The notes under the pieces: model-generated
Seen by the model: the letters and a program-made list of their open reading frames with translations, nothing else
Databases searched by the model: none
What the model was told of the DNA's origin: nothing
Made by a program: the position numbers and the translations under genes
From: a virus
Taxonomy: Duplodnaviria; Caudoviricetes
IMG/VR virus record: IMGVR_UViG_3300025674_000056
Location: 1 to 53,365 of that record
Length of the DNA stretch: 53,365 nucleotides
Reading direction: 5' to 3' (one strand)
In this document: piece after piece, positions 17,896 to 28,800 of the stretch
Layout: each line of letters starts with the position of its first letter
Numbering within the stretch: the stretch's first letter is position 1

Positions 17896-20800
17896 TAGAC
17901 AAGACGATTTAGATCAAACATGTTTAGAGATCTTACACCCAGGCCGAAAGTGGGGTTGCCCGAGTTTGTATCCCTACCTTCACCACCAATGCTCGGTGAG
18001 GTGCTGGCTCGATAGATCGAAAGAAGGTTTACTTTCTTACTAGCCCCGTGCCTAGCGTTGGCAAATACATTAGCCGCCGACTCATCCAACCAGTTTCGAA
18101 TGTAGCCCTGCCATCCCAAGTGTAGAGGTGGGAATGGGAAGATTGGATGTAGCTGACCCTCGTCCCATTTCATTCCTTGACCTTCAACCATGCGGGCATG
18201 AGTCATGACGCCATTAATTTTTCCGGGCTCATCAGCCTGCCCAGCTAGACCGCGACCGAAGACCGGCTCCGCACCAGACACAGATCCTGGCTCTAGCCCA
18301 ACATGGTAGGAGAGGGTGTCCTCTGCACCAGGAGTGTTAACAGCCAGATCAAACATTGTCTGATAGCCTTGGCTATTTACTTGATCCATGGGAGAACCCC
18401 CCTGCGTCATTTGAGTATTGAGGGCAAGACCTTGATAATCAACCTCAGAATATGTCTTAAGATACCCGCGATGAGACCCGACCACTCGGAAAACTCCTAA
18501 GTTGTAGAACCCGTTAACTTCAGACCCTAGCCCTTTTTCAGTAAGGGCGCTGGCAGCGAATCCGAACTTACCATAGTAATCACAGGCAGCACCATTTTGC
18601 CATCGCCCAGTAGGGCCGTGGTAATTATTATTGATGCAGTTTGTTTGGGGATTTTGGCCGTTTAGAAGCAAGTTAGCTGCATGCATACGTGAGGTATCAG
18701 CGATGTTCCACATATGGATTCGGGAGCCGATGCAGGAGAACTCATAATTCACTCCCGAGAACGTCGAGTTTTCCACATCAGCCCCTTCTTGGCTCATAGT
18801 CACAACAGGTTCATAGATATTAGCCTTCCAGGTTTCCGTAGGGGATGGGATTGTAGGAGGTATGACTGTCCCTGTAACTGTCGTAGTCGTAGTTGTAGTA
18901 GCAGGGGTTGTGGGTGCTGTGGTGGTAGTTGTCGGAACAGTGGTAGTCTGATCGCAGCAAGAGGTAACCAGATCGCAAATATTGAACGCAGGGGAGGCAG
19001 CAACTCCACTAGCAGCCGACCCGTCATATTCACAGCCCGTGCCGTTGTAGTTATAACAAACTCCAGAGACATCAGAAGGTAAGCCATCATTTCCTATGCG
19101 GAAATTAACCATGTTCACATCGACTTTACTCGCACCTACAGCACGTACACACATGCCTCCAGTGGTCACTCCGCTGTGATCGTTGTCGCTGAACGCGGCA
19201 TCGGTTCGTGAAAACAGACTAAAATTATCTGCCCCATAGAATGTGGAACTTAACTGCTCTGTAAATCCGTTAGGAGAAAAGCGCATGTAGCTTCCTGAGG
19301 TAGCTGATACGAAAGTGCTGGAAGCGTCAAAGGTTTGGTTAATGTCCGTGGAGTTGTCCGCATCAAGCGAGCTACCGCCCAGGGACTTGATTTCGATCAG
19401 AGATTTTTCATTCGCGACTAGGCATGCACGGTTGGCGTGAATATCAACCTTGGTGTGGTTATCGGTCGAAGATAGACCGAAACGTTCGTATGCAGGAGTC
19501 CATACGGTGTGATCTTCTGTAGGAGGTCCAAACGCGGCGCGAGAGTTATTCTGAGCGAGAACGCCAACACCTGCACGAGCGATCTTGGTCGGACCTGTAA
19601 AGACGACTTCGGAGTTGTCTAGAGCCGCTACAGCCGCAGTGGTCCAGTTGTTCTTGAGAGTAACAGTGCCGTAGGACCCAAAGCAGGTTGCGCCTCGCTC
19701 GGTTCCTCGGAAGACTCCCTGAGAGTTTTCGCTGACCTGGACACACGCTCCTGCAACGCCCGCTGCCGCTCCATTGAAAGCGACGGATAGATTGACGAAC
19801 TCAGCATCAGAGTTATTATTCAGGATGATGTTCGGAGCCTTGTAAGCCCCTAACCCGTATGTTCCATGATTGCTCATGATCCACATATCCGCTCCCGTTT
19901 TAACTCGATCTGTTTTACCGCCCCATCGCGCCATCAAAGGAACAAACTCTACGCCGTCATGCGGGGCGATGGAAGAATTTTTATCGACATGTACGTTGAT
20001 GCCGTTGTAGTCGCAAGTGAAGCCTGGTTTGGTGGTTCCACTAAAAGCTGAATACCCACTAAGATCGTCTGAGTCTTTCCCGTAGAAAAGATTAGAGTGA
20101 TTTAAGTAAAAGCCCTTCTCTTGATTCGTGTCTACGCTGAACTGTTGGAATGTGAGGTTTGATTGGAATGCTTCAATTCCATTGATGTTGCAAAATACTT
20201 CAGTGCGGCCATCCAGATCGTAAACCGAGTTTACCAGCTTAATACCCGTTTGGTTGTTGTGAATGTACAGACGAGTGGTTCGCGCATCTAGTACACCCGC
20301 ATTTTGACCCGTGGCTGCGACTGTATTTGAGTTGATAGCGCCGCCTGTAAGTAAGGAGTTATTAAGAGAGATGCCTACCCCGCACTTTGAGATGTTTCTC
20401 ATAGCGCCATAGCCCGTAACGTAGGCATACAGGTTGCTTGAATCCTCGGGGCTAAACACGATGTTTGAATCGGTTGCAAAGAGACCAACGCCTTCGGAGG
20501 GGCGAGTGCCGTCAAGATTCCTTTCATACACGCGGTGAATGAGGAAGTCGCCCCTGATACTCACCGTGGAGTCCTGCACATTGACGCCCGTTTTTCTAAC
20601 GCGGCAAATCGCAGTGTTCTCAAGTAAGACGTTTGAGTTCGTAATGTACAAACCCGTGTCGCACAGGTAGGACATTTGGTTAGGGTACTGGGAATCTAGT
20701 CCTGACGCCGAATCAATGCAAACGTTCTTTAGCTTAACCTTGGAGCAATTTTTGATCTCGACCTTATTGAAATACGCCCCCCACCAAACACTTTGGATTG

Positions 20801-21680
20801 GATCGACCGCAACGGGAACATCCCGCGCCTCAATCAAAGACTCACCCGCGCCGTTTCTAGTCTTGGGGCTAGGGTCCAGAGCAATCGTCGATTCCTCGTC
20901 TGTAGTGTAGTAACCTAAAGAATACTCATGGTTCGCTGTCGCTAACGAACCTCCAGGAAACAGAGAAGAAGCATCTCGATTGTATTGAGGGGAGAACGTG
21001 ATCGTTTGAGCTTCGTTTTGTGAATCAGGTAAGACGGAAGTAAAAATGCGTCCGTTCCGGCTCCACCCTTCCAAGGAAAAGCACGTAACCCCTAGGTTTG
21101 TTGAAGAGGTGGTTACGATATTAGCACTAATACTTGAGTCCGCGTAAGGGGAAAAAGTGCCAGGGGGGACGACGGTTTGGTCGTGGATCGACGTAATCAT
21201 AGTCTGAACTACGCCCGAAGGACCCGCCTCCGTAGTAGCTTGGACAGTGGATACATCTCCGTATGTATGACTCCTCGCAAGTTGGAGGCATTCAATCTGA
21301 AGAGCGCCGTCACCTTCGCAGTGAATATCCGCAAGATTAAGGTCACCGAGATTACCGTAATCACAGATCTCGATCAAAAGAGGGAACCGCAGCCTACGAG
21401 GCACAACCTCTAATGCATCCTGAACATTTTGGTATACGCCTAGAGCGGAGGCAGACTTAGGAGCGTCCGCACTTACGGTGAGAGTTACGCCAGTAACATC
21501 CGTCAGTCCCAGATATTGACGGAGCACGTTGGAGCGCGTCTCCAAGTCTAGGACAGGAAGGTTATCCTGCTCCCAGTTATAAAAAGAACTTGCATCAAAC
21601 TTATGCACTTCGGGGAAGGCATACCCTGAAAGGGTCTGACCTCCTCCTGTCACATCAAAGTATTCGTATAGCGGGCTCAT
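17895..21680 (-). CDS. Large fibre/tailspike-like protein (beta-helix-like) with short Thr/Pro insert; paralogue of the downstream gene
   Basis: Shares blocks with 13804..17895: YNWEQDN, PLLIEI, FTGPTKI, NHTKVDIH, GGMCVRAV, GSRIHMWNI, HGPTGRW.NGAACDYYGK, THARM.EG, LDESAA..FANA.H and GVRSLN.F.LN.LV. Confidence 0.7.
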   Translation of the reverse strand: MSPLYEYFDVTGGGQTLSGYAFPEVHKFDASSFYNWEQDNLPVLDLETRSNVLRQYLGLTDVTGVTLTVSADAPKSASALGVYQNVQDALEVVPRRLRFPLLIEICDYGNLGDLNLADIHCEGDGALQIECLQLARSHTYGDVSTVQATTEAGPSGVVQTMITSIHDQTVVPPGTFSPYADSSISANIVTTSSTNLGVTCFSLEGWSRNGRIFTSVLPDSQNEAQTITFSPQYNRDASSLFPGGSLATANHEYSLGYYTTDEESTIALDPSPKTRNGAGESLIEARDVPVAVDPIQSVWWGAYFNKVEIKNCSKVKLKNVCIDSASGLDSQYPNQMSYLCDTGLYITNSNVLLENTAICRVRKTGVNVQDSTVSIRGDFLIHRVYERNLDGTRPSEGVGLFATDSNIVFSPEDSSNLYAYVTGYGAMRNISKCGVGISLNNSLLTGGAINSNTVAATGQNAGVLDARTTRLYIHNNQTGIKLVNSVYDLDGRTEVFCNINGIEAFQSNLTFQQFSVDTNQEKGFYLNHSNLFYGKDSDDLSGYSAFSGTTKPGFTCDYNGINVHVDKNSSIAPHDGVEFVPLMARWGGKTDRVKTGADMWIMSNHGTYGLGAYKAPNIILNNNSDAEFVNLSVAFNGAAAGVAGACVQVSENSQGVFRGTERGATCFGSYGTVTLKNNWTTAAVAALDNSEVVFTGPTKIARAGVGVLAQNNSRAAFGPPTEDHTVWTPAYERFGLSSTDNHTKVDIHANRACLVANEKSLIEIKSLGGSSLDADNSTDINQTFDASSTFVSATSGSYMRFSPNGFTEQLSSTFYGADNFSLFSRTDAAFSDNDHSGVTTGGMCVRAVGASKVDVNMVNFRIGNDGLPSDVSGVCYNYNGTGCEYDGSAASGVAASPAFNICDLVTSCCDQTTTVPTTTTTAPTTPATTTTTTTVTGTVIPPTIPSPTETWKANIYEPVVTMSQEGADVENSTFSGVNYEFSCIGSRIHMWNIADTSRMHAANLLLNGQNPQTNCINNNYHGPTGRWQNGAACDYYGKFGFAASALTEKGLGSEVNGFYNLGVFRVVGSHRGYLKTYSEVDYQGLALNTQMTQGGSPMDQVNSQGYQTMFDLAVNTPGAEDTLSYHVGLEPGSVSGAEPVFGRGLAGQADEPGKINGVMTHARMVEGQGMKWDEGQLHPIFPFPPLHLGWQGYIRNWLDESAANVFANARHGASKKVNLLSIYRASTSPSIGGEGRDTNSGNPTFGLGVRSLNMFDLNRLV

Positions 21681-22258
21681 CAGAATTCAATTGTCCATCG
21701 GAATAGCACAGAGAAGCTGTCCTTCTTCTCTAACGGTGTAAAATACCTATAGGCGCATAAGTAGCTACCATCGGTCGCAGAGCCGTCAGGGTTTCGGCTG
21801 AACAGACCGATCTCATTGAGTGTTTCTCCTTCGCAAGCTTGATCCCCCACAAAGATTTGATACATCACACGAGTTGGGCTGATCTTCTTGATATAAGGGA
21901 ACGGGATTACTCCGAACGCTTGGTCTGCGGCTGGCGTGCCTGAGCTTAGATCATGAATGCTTAGTTGGAAGTTGGCGGTGCCGTAATCCCCTGACGCTAG
22001 GGCAGAGGAAAGTTGTCCTGTGCCCGAGACCTGAAGGCTCGACGCCCCAGACACGCCTAGCTGAAAGTATACGATCTGAAATCCTGAAATATTATCCACC
22101 GCAGGACTGGAGAAAGCCTTGAGAAGCGTATGGCCCATGCCTGAGGTGATAACATTCTGCTCAGAAAAATGAACTTCCTCGCGACCGTCTGGGTAAAGTT
22201 TGAGGATCTCCAGATGCCCGCGAGGTGCCGAGTTTTCGTAGTTCAGTATTGTTTCCAT
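21680..22258 (-). CDS. Tail-collar / fibre attachment-type protein
   Basis: RGHLEI...QNVIT.G at the N-terminus and 'LNEIGLF...LCAYRYF.PLEK.DSFSVLFRWTIEF' at the C-terminus, the pattern of tail fibre N-terminal/baseplate attachment domains. Confidence 0.65.
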   Translation of the reverse strand: METILNYENSAPRGHLEILKLYPDGREEVHFSEQNVITSGMGHTLLKAFSSPAVDNISGFQIVYFQLGVSGASSLQVSGTGQLSSALASGDYGTANFQLSIHDLSSGTPAADQAFGVIPFPYIKKISPTRVMYQIFVGDQACEGETLNEIGLFSRNPDGSATDGSYLCAYRYFTPLEKKDSFSVLFRWTIEF

Positions 22259-25200
22259 TATAAGAAGTTAATCTCCCAGACAATTCGAAGAGATGGATTT
22301 GTAAGTCCACTTGCAATTGTAATAGGTTGCCTAAAAACTTTTTTGGCTAATAATTTAAATACAGGATTGCGATCAGTATCTGTTACGTTATATAGCTCTC
22401 CAGACGATCCGGGCTTATCGTAGACAGAACTTAGGCTGTACCCGTTATCCAGGAGCTTGGCGTAGGTTTTATCAATATCAAACGCCCACAGACCCATCGC
22501 TCCAATACCGCCTTGTAGATCGAAGAAGTTTACATCCGTCGCGGACAGATCAATCGTATGGACGATGGAGCTTGTCGTAGTGCTTACGGTGAATCCCGAC
22601 AGGTTGAAGTTGGCATCACCTTGCCCGCTGTACACAAACCCATCAGAGTTTACACAACCTGCAATATTATGTGTGCTCGCAATTACACCCGTAGACCCTG
22701 ACAGTGCCGAGGTTGCGGGGTCGGGTCCCCAGTTAGCTGAACCTAACGCACGAGCCTCGGATATACCAGATACGGGGATCTCAATGTTATTAGTGAACTG
22801 TCCTAGGCGTCCAGCAGGAAGCTTGGCAGGTTGTACCGTAGTTTCTTCGGGCGCAGGAAACGCTCCGAGATCAAACATCGCAGAAGCCGTGACATTATAA
22901 AACCGCCAATCGTTAAGAATGGTTTGCTTTGCAGTGCTAAAATCGGTTGTGACTATACTAAAAGTAATGACGGTATTATCATCAAAATCTTGATTAGTAA
23001 TATCCACCACGGGAGTTCTTGTAAATTTTTCCTGAAGGTTACTGAATTGTCCTGAAACTGCAAACGTAAAGTCGTTTCTAGTTTCTTCGCCTCTCTTACA
23101 CTCCCCCCAAGAAGAGGTAGTGGCGTCCCAATGCACAACCTTACCCGTAGAAGTGTTGGCATTAGCCGACCATTTTAGAGCGACAAGAGCTTCCGTGCTG
23201 AAAGCCTGGTAAGCTATTGAAAAGGCCATCCCCTCTGAATCTACAGGAAGAGTTAAATCGCTCAGGTTGAAGGACTGGCACAAAGACATGTTAGGAGCCT
23301 CTGGTACGGCTCCCGTAGTGCCTGGATTACCGGACAATATTATCCCCGTAGATCTGTCAGGCCAGATATAAAATTGTGCGGGGGCTTCCAAAACACCGAA
23401 AGATGAAGATCGAACAACGTCAGTTCCGTATAGGGATGAGAACGTATTCATCATGATGTAGGGCTTACCTATAATATCACGACGATGGTTTCTAAAATAA
23501 ACCTCAGAGGTAAGAGTGTCCTCTTCTACCTCGTCCTCAATGAAAGTAAGTGCAGCGTCTGTGCAGTATGCACCCGTAACTTTCGAAAGTTCCCCAGCGC
23601 CTGTTCCATGGGACGAAGTATCCCTACAGATCATAAATTGATAAACAGACTCGTTGGAATGAATACTACTTGGTGCAATATTCATTCCTTCAATCGCAAA
23701 TAAGTTTATCGGGGGCTCGTTTAGGAAATCCAAATATCCAGTAACCGAGCCGTCATCAAGAGGATTGGCTCTCATGGGCACAGCCACATCGTCCGCAACT
23801 AGTCCTGAAAATACATTGGTCTCTTCGTTAGGACGAGCCCAGCAATTTGCAACAGAGGATTTAAAGTTGAATAGCTCTTTTGGTTGTTGCGTAGCGGGGG
23901 GCGCAAGAGAATCCATTCGAAGAGATCTAACGAATCCGGGGTGATTGCCTAGGGCGCTTACGGTCAGAATAAAATCAAAAGCCCCCTCGGAGTTTAGAGG
24001 CACTCCTTCCCTAATCAGGGGTACTGGGTTGATGGTCGTAGATTCAAACGGGGAGAATCGGCCCGCGTTAAAAATCGAAGAGGAGTCCAATACCGTACCA
24101 TCTCCAGACGGCACCCAGTTCCCCGTCTCGAAGTTAAATTTTAAACGATCTCCGTTGGAATCAAGACCGGAAGTCTCTAGAATAAACCCTACGGGCGCGG
24201 CGGATAATCCATTGTTAAACTCTTTACACACCTCTCCGTTGAATATAAAGGTTCTGTTGGACGAGCAGGAGAAGGTTCCTGAGACTGAAGATGAAACTTG
24301 TAAGCACAAGTCGGAAGGTTTTACTAAAGTGCCTTGCGCGTCATAGTCTGTAAAGACAGCATTGCGGTTTAACTCTGGGGATATTGCATATGCAGGACCG
24401 TCCAATCTCGTCTCGTTTAACGCAGAGGCAGCGGGCGTTGCTAACAAATTATAACGCCCTTGGTTTCTCACATTCGAAACGTACCGTTTAAGAACGGCAC
24501 CCCGAAAGAAATCCTCATTAGAAGCATTAGAGTTAGGGTCTAGAGTAAAAAGGTACGAGTACACCTTTGAAGGTGCCATGCTCGCAAGCTGTGAGATGTA
24601 CGTAATATTGCTGAGATCCGTAGCCGAGAAGTTACTATTGACATTGCTTAGGTCAATAAACATCCCCGACGACTGAAAGTCGTTACCGCTAATGGTAGCT
24701 AAATCACCGCCAGACCAAATATTACCCACATACCAATCATCAATGATTCGAAGCGACGGGTTCCAGAAATAGCAGTTTAACTGATCGGACTCTGAGTTCG
24801 AGTAGAAAGAGTAAGAGATCTCAAGGGGGTGCTTCACCTTGCTCTTCGGCACGTTAATAAATTTGGAGACCGTACCTGAAACATCTGCCGAAGCATTCAC
24901 AACCAAGGCGGATCCACCGCCACCCCAGGAGTGTCGGCTATACTCTGGGGTCGTTCCGAAGTTGTAAGACTCTCCTGTAATTGTATCTTTTGCGGTTACA
25001 TGAATCTCCGCGCCAGCCACGCCCGAGATGGAGCTAAACTGAAACTTAATCTCTGCTACAACATCTAGCGCCGTCTCGTCCTCAATGGAAACCCAGGGCT
25101 CCATGTCCGTGCTGTAAACAGACGCAGTTTGACGAAGAACCACAGCGCCCGAACTGTCGCCACCTGTAGATGACGGGGCAAACGATCGAATGTACAGAAT

Positions 25201-25884
25201 ACCGTCGTCTGGTTCCGCGTATGTGGATGACGCCTCCGTACCCGAGAGCGCCGCATAAATGGTAGACACATCAGGCAGATTGGCACTCATATCATACCGA
25301 GCGCAGGAGCCGTACTCGTAGGTATCTTCAAACTCATTTGAAGAGGGGTTATAGCGAAGCTCACTTTGAATCCGCCAGTTAGGAAGCTCGTACAAAGATA
25401 GAAGTTGATTAACGTAGAACCCTGAAAGGGTGTAGTCTACCGTATAATCCTTAAAAGTAGTATTCCTGAAGAAATCGGTGGTTGATGAGAATGTGCCGTT
25501 AGTTAGGATACTGTTAGACGCGGGAGTACCTCGCCAGTTAACCGCAGAGAACTCTGGGTTAGGAATATCCTCTCGATAAGACCACGCCTTTCCGTCCCCT
25601 GGATCGACCGCTGTAAGGCCGCCCGTCGCATTTACATGAGCGGAAAGGCACGCGAGCGAGTGAATCCGATCGAAGTTTGATTCGTTTGGCGAGAAGGACA
25701 TCGCCTGTACGGTGAAGTTAGAGGTGTTGTACGATGCCGACACATCAGCAGATACAGCCGAGGGCGCAGGCACGCGCGTCATAATGTCTACAATATGCTC
25801 TTTGAACCCATCTACGATGAGGTTTGATTCCTCAAAGATGGGCTTCTCGTCATATGCCTGATATACTCTAACTGTACCTCTCAT
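22258..25884 (-). CDS. Large baseplate/appendage protein; attachment-type domain split by an insertion of about 1000 aa
   Basis: N-terminus 'MRGTVRV...ESNLIVDG' and C-terminus 'IGAMGLW...LLAKKVF..PI...LRIVWEINF' mirror the two ends of the 192-aa neighbour. Interior is beta-rich. Confidence 0.55.
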   Translation of the reverse strand: MRGTVRVYQAYDEKPIFEESNLIVDGFKEHIVDIMTRVPAPSAVSADVSASYNTSNFTVQAMSFSPNESNFDRIHSLACLSAHVNATGGLTAVDPGDGKAWSYREDIPNPEFSAVNWRGTPASNSILTNGTFSSTTDFFRNTTFKDYTVDYTLSGFYVNQLLSLYELPNWRIQSELRYNPSSNEFEDTYEYGSCARYDMSANLPDVSTIYAALSGTEASSTYAEPDDGILYIRSFAPSSTGGDSSGAVVLRQTASVYSTDMEPWVSIEDETALDVVAEIKFQFSSISGVAGAEIHVTAKDTITGESYNFGTTPEYSRHSWGGGGSALVVNASADVSGTVSKFINVPKSKVKHPLEISYSFYSNSESDQLNCYFWNPSLRIIDDWYVGNIWSGGDLATISGNDFQSSGMFIDLSNVNSNFSATDLSNITYISQLASMAPSKVYSYLFTLDPNSNASNEDFFRGAVLKRYVSNVRNQGRYNLLATPAASALNETRLDGPAYAISPELNRNAVFTDYDAQGTLVKPSDLCLQVSSSVSGTFSCSSNRTFIFNGEVCKEFNNGLSAAPVGFILETSGLDSNGDRLKFNFETGNWVPSGDGTVLDSSSIFNAGRFSPFESTTINPVPLIREGVPLNSEGAFDFILTVSALGNHPGFVRSLRMDSLAPPATQQPKELFNFKSSVANCWARPNEETNVFSGLVADDVAVPMRANPLDDGSVTGYLDFLNEPPINLFAIEGMNIAPSSIHSNESVYQFMICRDTSSHGTGAGELSKVTGAYCTDAALTFIEDEVEEDTLTSEVYFRNHRRDIIGKPYIMMNTFSSLYGTDVVRSSSFGVLEAPAQFYIWPDRSTGIILSGNPGTTGAVPEAPNMSLCQSFNLSDLTLPVDSEGMAFSIAYQAFSTEALVALKWSANANTSTGKVVHWDATTSSWGECKRGEETRNDFTFAVSGQFSNLQEKFTRTPVVDITNQDFDDNTVITFSIVTTDFSTAKQTILNDWRFYNVTASAMFDLGAFPAPEETTVQPAKLPAGRLGQFTNNIEIPVSGISEARALGSANWGPDPATSALSGSTGVIASTHNIAGCVNSDGFVYSGQGDANFNLSGFTVSTTTSSIVHTIDLSATDVNFFDLQGGIGAMGLWAFDIDKTYAKLLDNGYSLSSVYDKPGSSGELYNVTDTDRNPVFKLLAKKVFRQPITIASGLTNPSLRIVWEINFL

Positions 25885-28800
25885 TAGTCTTCTACTTGAA
25901 TTTCAACTATATCGTAGTCGGTGCTGGCAACCGTGACGGTGCTGCTGGCGGTGTAGTCTGTATATCCTACTAATTCTAGGTACTCTGCTCGACTACCGCC
26001 GCTGGTTTCGAAGTATCCACTTGAGTCCACAACTTCGCGAGAATACTTGCCGTCAGATAAAGTATCCCAGAAAGTGTAGATTCTGTCTACCTCAGATGCA
26101 TTAAAGTTATTCATGTTGTAGTTTAAACATTTATCTACAACAGAAATCTCATAAATGTTTAGACCGTCTTGGTCTGAAGGGGTTGTCGATTGGTTAGTAA
26201 CTCTAATCTGATATCCCGTTGAGCTTGTATGTACGCTGCTCGACATGAATGCGCTCACGCAAGGAATATCCTTGATAGTATGAATGTCCTGCGCGTGGAA
26301 ATCTACTCGGTAGGGTCTCACGCATTCTTCGTAAGCAGGCACCGTCAGTTTTTTCACAAGGTCATCCGTATTGGTTACCATGTCTGTCGGAATCCATTTA
26401 CTTGACGGCCAATGGAACGACCATTCACGACCAGTTCCGTCGTCCTGAGTCACTCCAGAGGTTACAAGGGAGATTCCGATCTGCTGGTCAACATTATTAT
26501 TCTGCGTCTTAGCGAAGACATCGACATAGAACTGCGACTGCGGGCGAAGCATGTTGTACGTTTGAGTGCCTTGAGTCGCGGGGTCAAACGGAACCACAAC
26601 CTCAAGGGGTACGCCATCCGTGTTGAATAGGGTGAGAGCGTTTCCTCGCAAGGTCGAATCCTTAGTAACGTCTAGACTGTTTACGACGATAAAGCTTTTC
26701 GAATTACGCCTTGGCTGGTGAATCTCGATGCCTGACAAGAACTCGCTTGTCTTCAAACGGTTTCCGTAGGTAATCCCTGACGGCGCATCAACAAAATAAG
26801 TTCTTGGGGCGACGGAGTTTATCTCGCCTTCGCTGTTCTGGTACTGCTGACCTTCGGACTTATTGCCGCCGACAACCTTGCGCCACTGTGAATCGTAGCC
26901 GTATCGCGAATCAGACCGCGTAGAGTCACCGCTCAACGTAAACGTGTTGGTAAGAGTTAAGGAGCTTCCGTCATGTGAAGTAACTGAAACGCGCACTTGT
27001 CGAGGTTGATCGTATGCTGAAACCTCAAAGCCCGCAACGGTCAATATTGCTCCTGTCGTGCCGTTAAGTAAGACGTTATCGGAACCTTCCACGGACCAGG
27101 AAGCATTTCCTCCAGTGCATCCAGTGGCGTCGTGCCAAAGAAGGCAAACATCATCTGTGCTATACCCAAGAGATGCCCAGTTACTCGGAAGGGCAAAATT
27201 TAGATCAGAGTTTTTTGGGCGTACTACAACAAAGTAATTAAGGTATCCACTAAAGCTGACGGGAGTGCCTGCACCTACATCCCCGTCGTCCAAGTCGAAG
27301 AACCCATTACGGGGAGTAGCCGCTAACATATACTCCCAGTTACCATACATCTCTACGTCCTCTCGCTGCCCTTGTATAGGCTGGACGGACGTATCTGTGA
27401 GCCCGGAGTCGTTTAAAGCGATTTGTGGGTACACGGCGGATGTCGCCGTCGTGATCTCACTAAACTGTGTAATCGTCCCTTTGTATTGGAAGTCGCTGTT
27501 CCATAAGGTTGGACCGAACGCATAGCTCAGGAAATTATGACCTCCGTAGTATGGCTGGTTTGGGCTCTGATTATTTTCTAGAGAACCGCTAAACTCGTTC
27601 TTGTAAATGCTATAGGATTCGTGTAGCGTAGTGCCAAACTCAAAACCACGATAGCTTGCATCCGTAAAATCAAAGAACCTATCCCCTTCGAGTGTGCGAT
27701 TGGTCATCACCTCCATAACGCCCTTCAAGGTGTCTCGATATACGGGCAAGGAGCTACATTCAAAATCCTCCTCACCTACAACACGGAAAGGGTACAGTGT
27801 AGACAACTCGAAATTACCCGAGGTCTTTTCAGATTCACATCCTGTGGAAGAGTAGAAACCACTGTTGTCCCATACAACTGAAGACGGCGCTTCAAACGCT
27901 TGTCTGTCGTACTCAAAGCCTTTGGCGATGTACTCGTCCGAGTTGAGATACGGATTACTTGACGATCCGTCGTAATAGTTCAAGGCAATGGGCATGCCCT
28001 TTCCCCCGCGCGTGTACGGGTAACAATCAAGAGCGTAGCGGTAGTTACGGCGGCGAGAGGCGTTGCGATCTAGGTCAGTCGCGCTCGCCTGCCAGAACGT
28101 ACTAGAGGCAGATTCGTAGCTTGGAAGGATTCGTCCGTCCCCGTTGACGTAGGTGGTGCTGAGATCGCCTGTGCCGCTCGCTCCCGCCCAAAAATTAGTC
28201 CTGCGGGACCCAAGCCATCCCGTGTTAAAATCGTCCAGACAGGCGTCCTGGAAGACGCACAGCGTACCGCTGGGAATGTAAGTATCCTCCAGGTCGAGGT
28301 ACAGAAGAATACGTACCACGGCGTGCAAGGGAACGAAGGTTCGTAGTACATCGCGATATGTTTCTAGAGCAGCTTTACTTCGGAAGGTGTCGTAGGCGTT
28401 TACAACGAAATCTAAACTTTCCGCATCGAATGTAGCGAACAGGTGCGAGCCTTTCGTATTCCAGATATCAAAATCAGAGAGCGAGTCGGTCTCACCATAT
28501 TCAACGTAATCAAGATAGTCGGGAGGCAGTATGTGGCCCGAGGTAAATAACCTGAACTTATTATTCTCGGCATAGACAGGAGTGCCTGACGCCGCATACG
28601 CGGAATTGATCGCTGTATTGGCTAGGTCGCTGAACGCCTGAACGACATACTCATCTACCTCAAACCCTCCATCATTCCTGGAACCAGATAGGACATCGCA
28701 GAAGAACGCGATTCTGTCGGTATCAATCTCAGTCTCGGTATAGAAACCATACTTCTCCCACGGCGGCACAGCAACATAGAACCCCTCGGAGTTCGAAGGA

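Noticed and set aside
13804-21680. Paralogous fibre 3' ends as a diversity-generating retroelement TR/VR pair or invertible cassette
   Set aside because: Both copies are full coding genes on the same strand, with differences not confined to adenines. No reverse transcriptase or invertase is present in the window.
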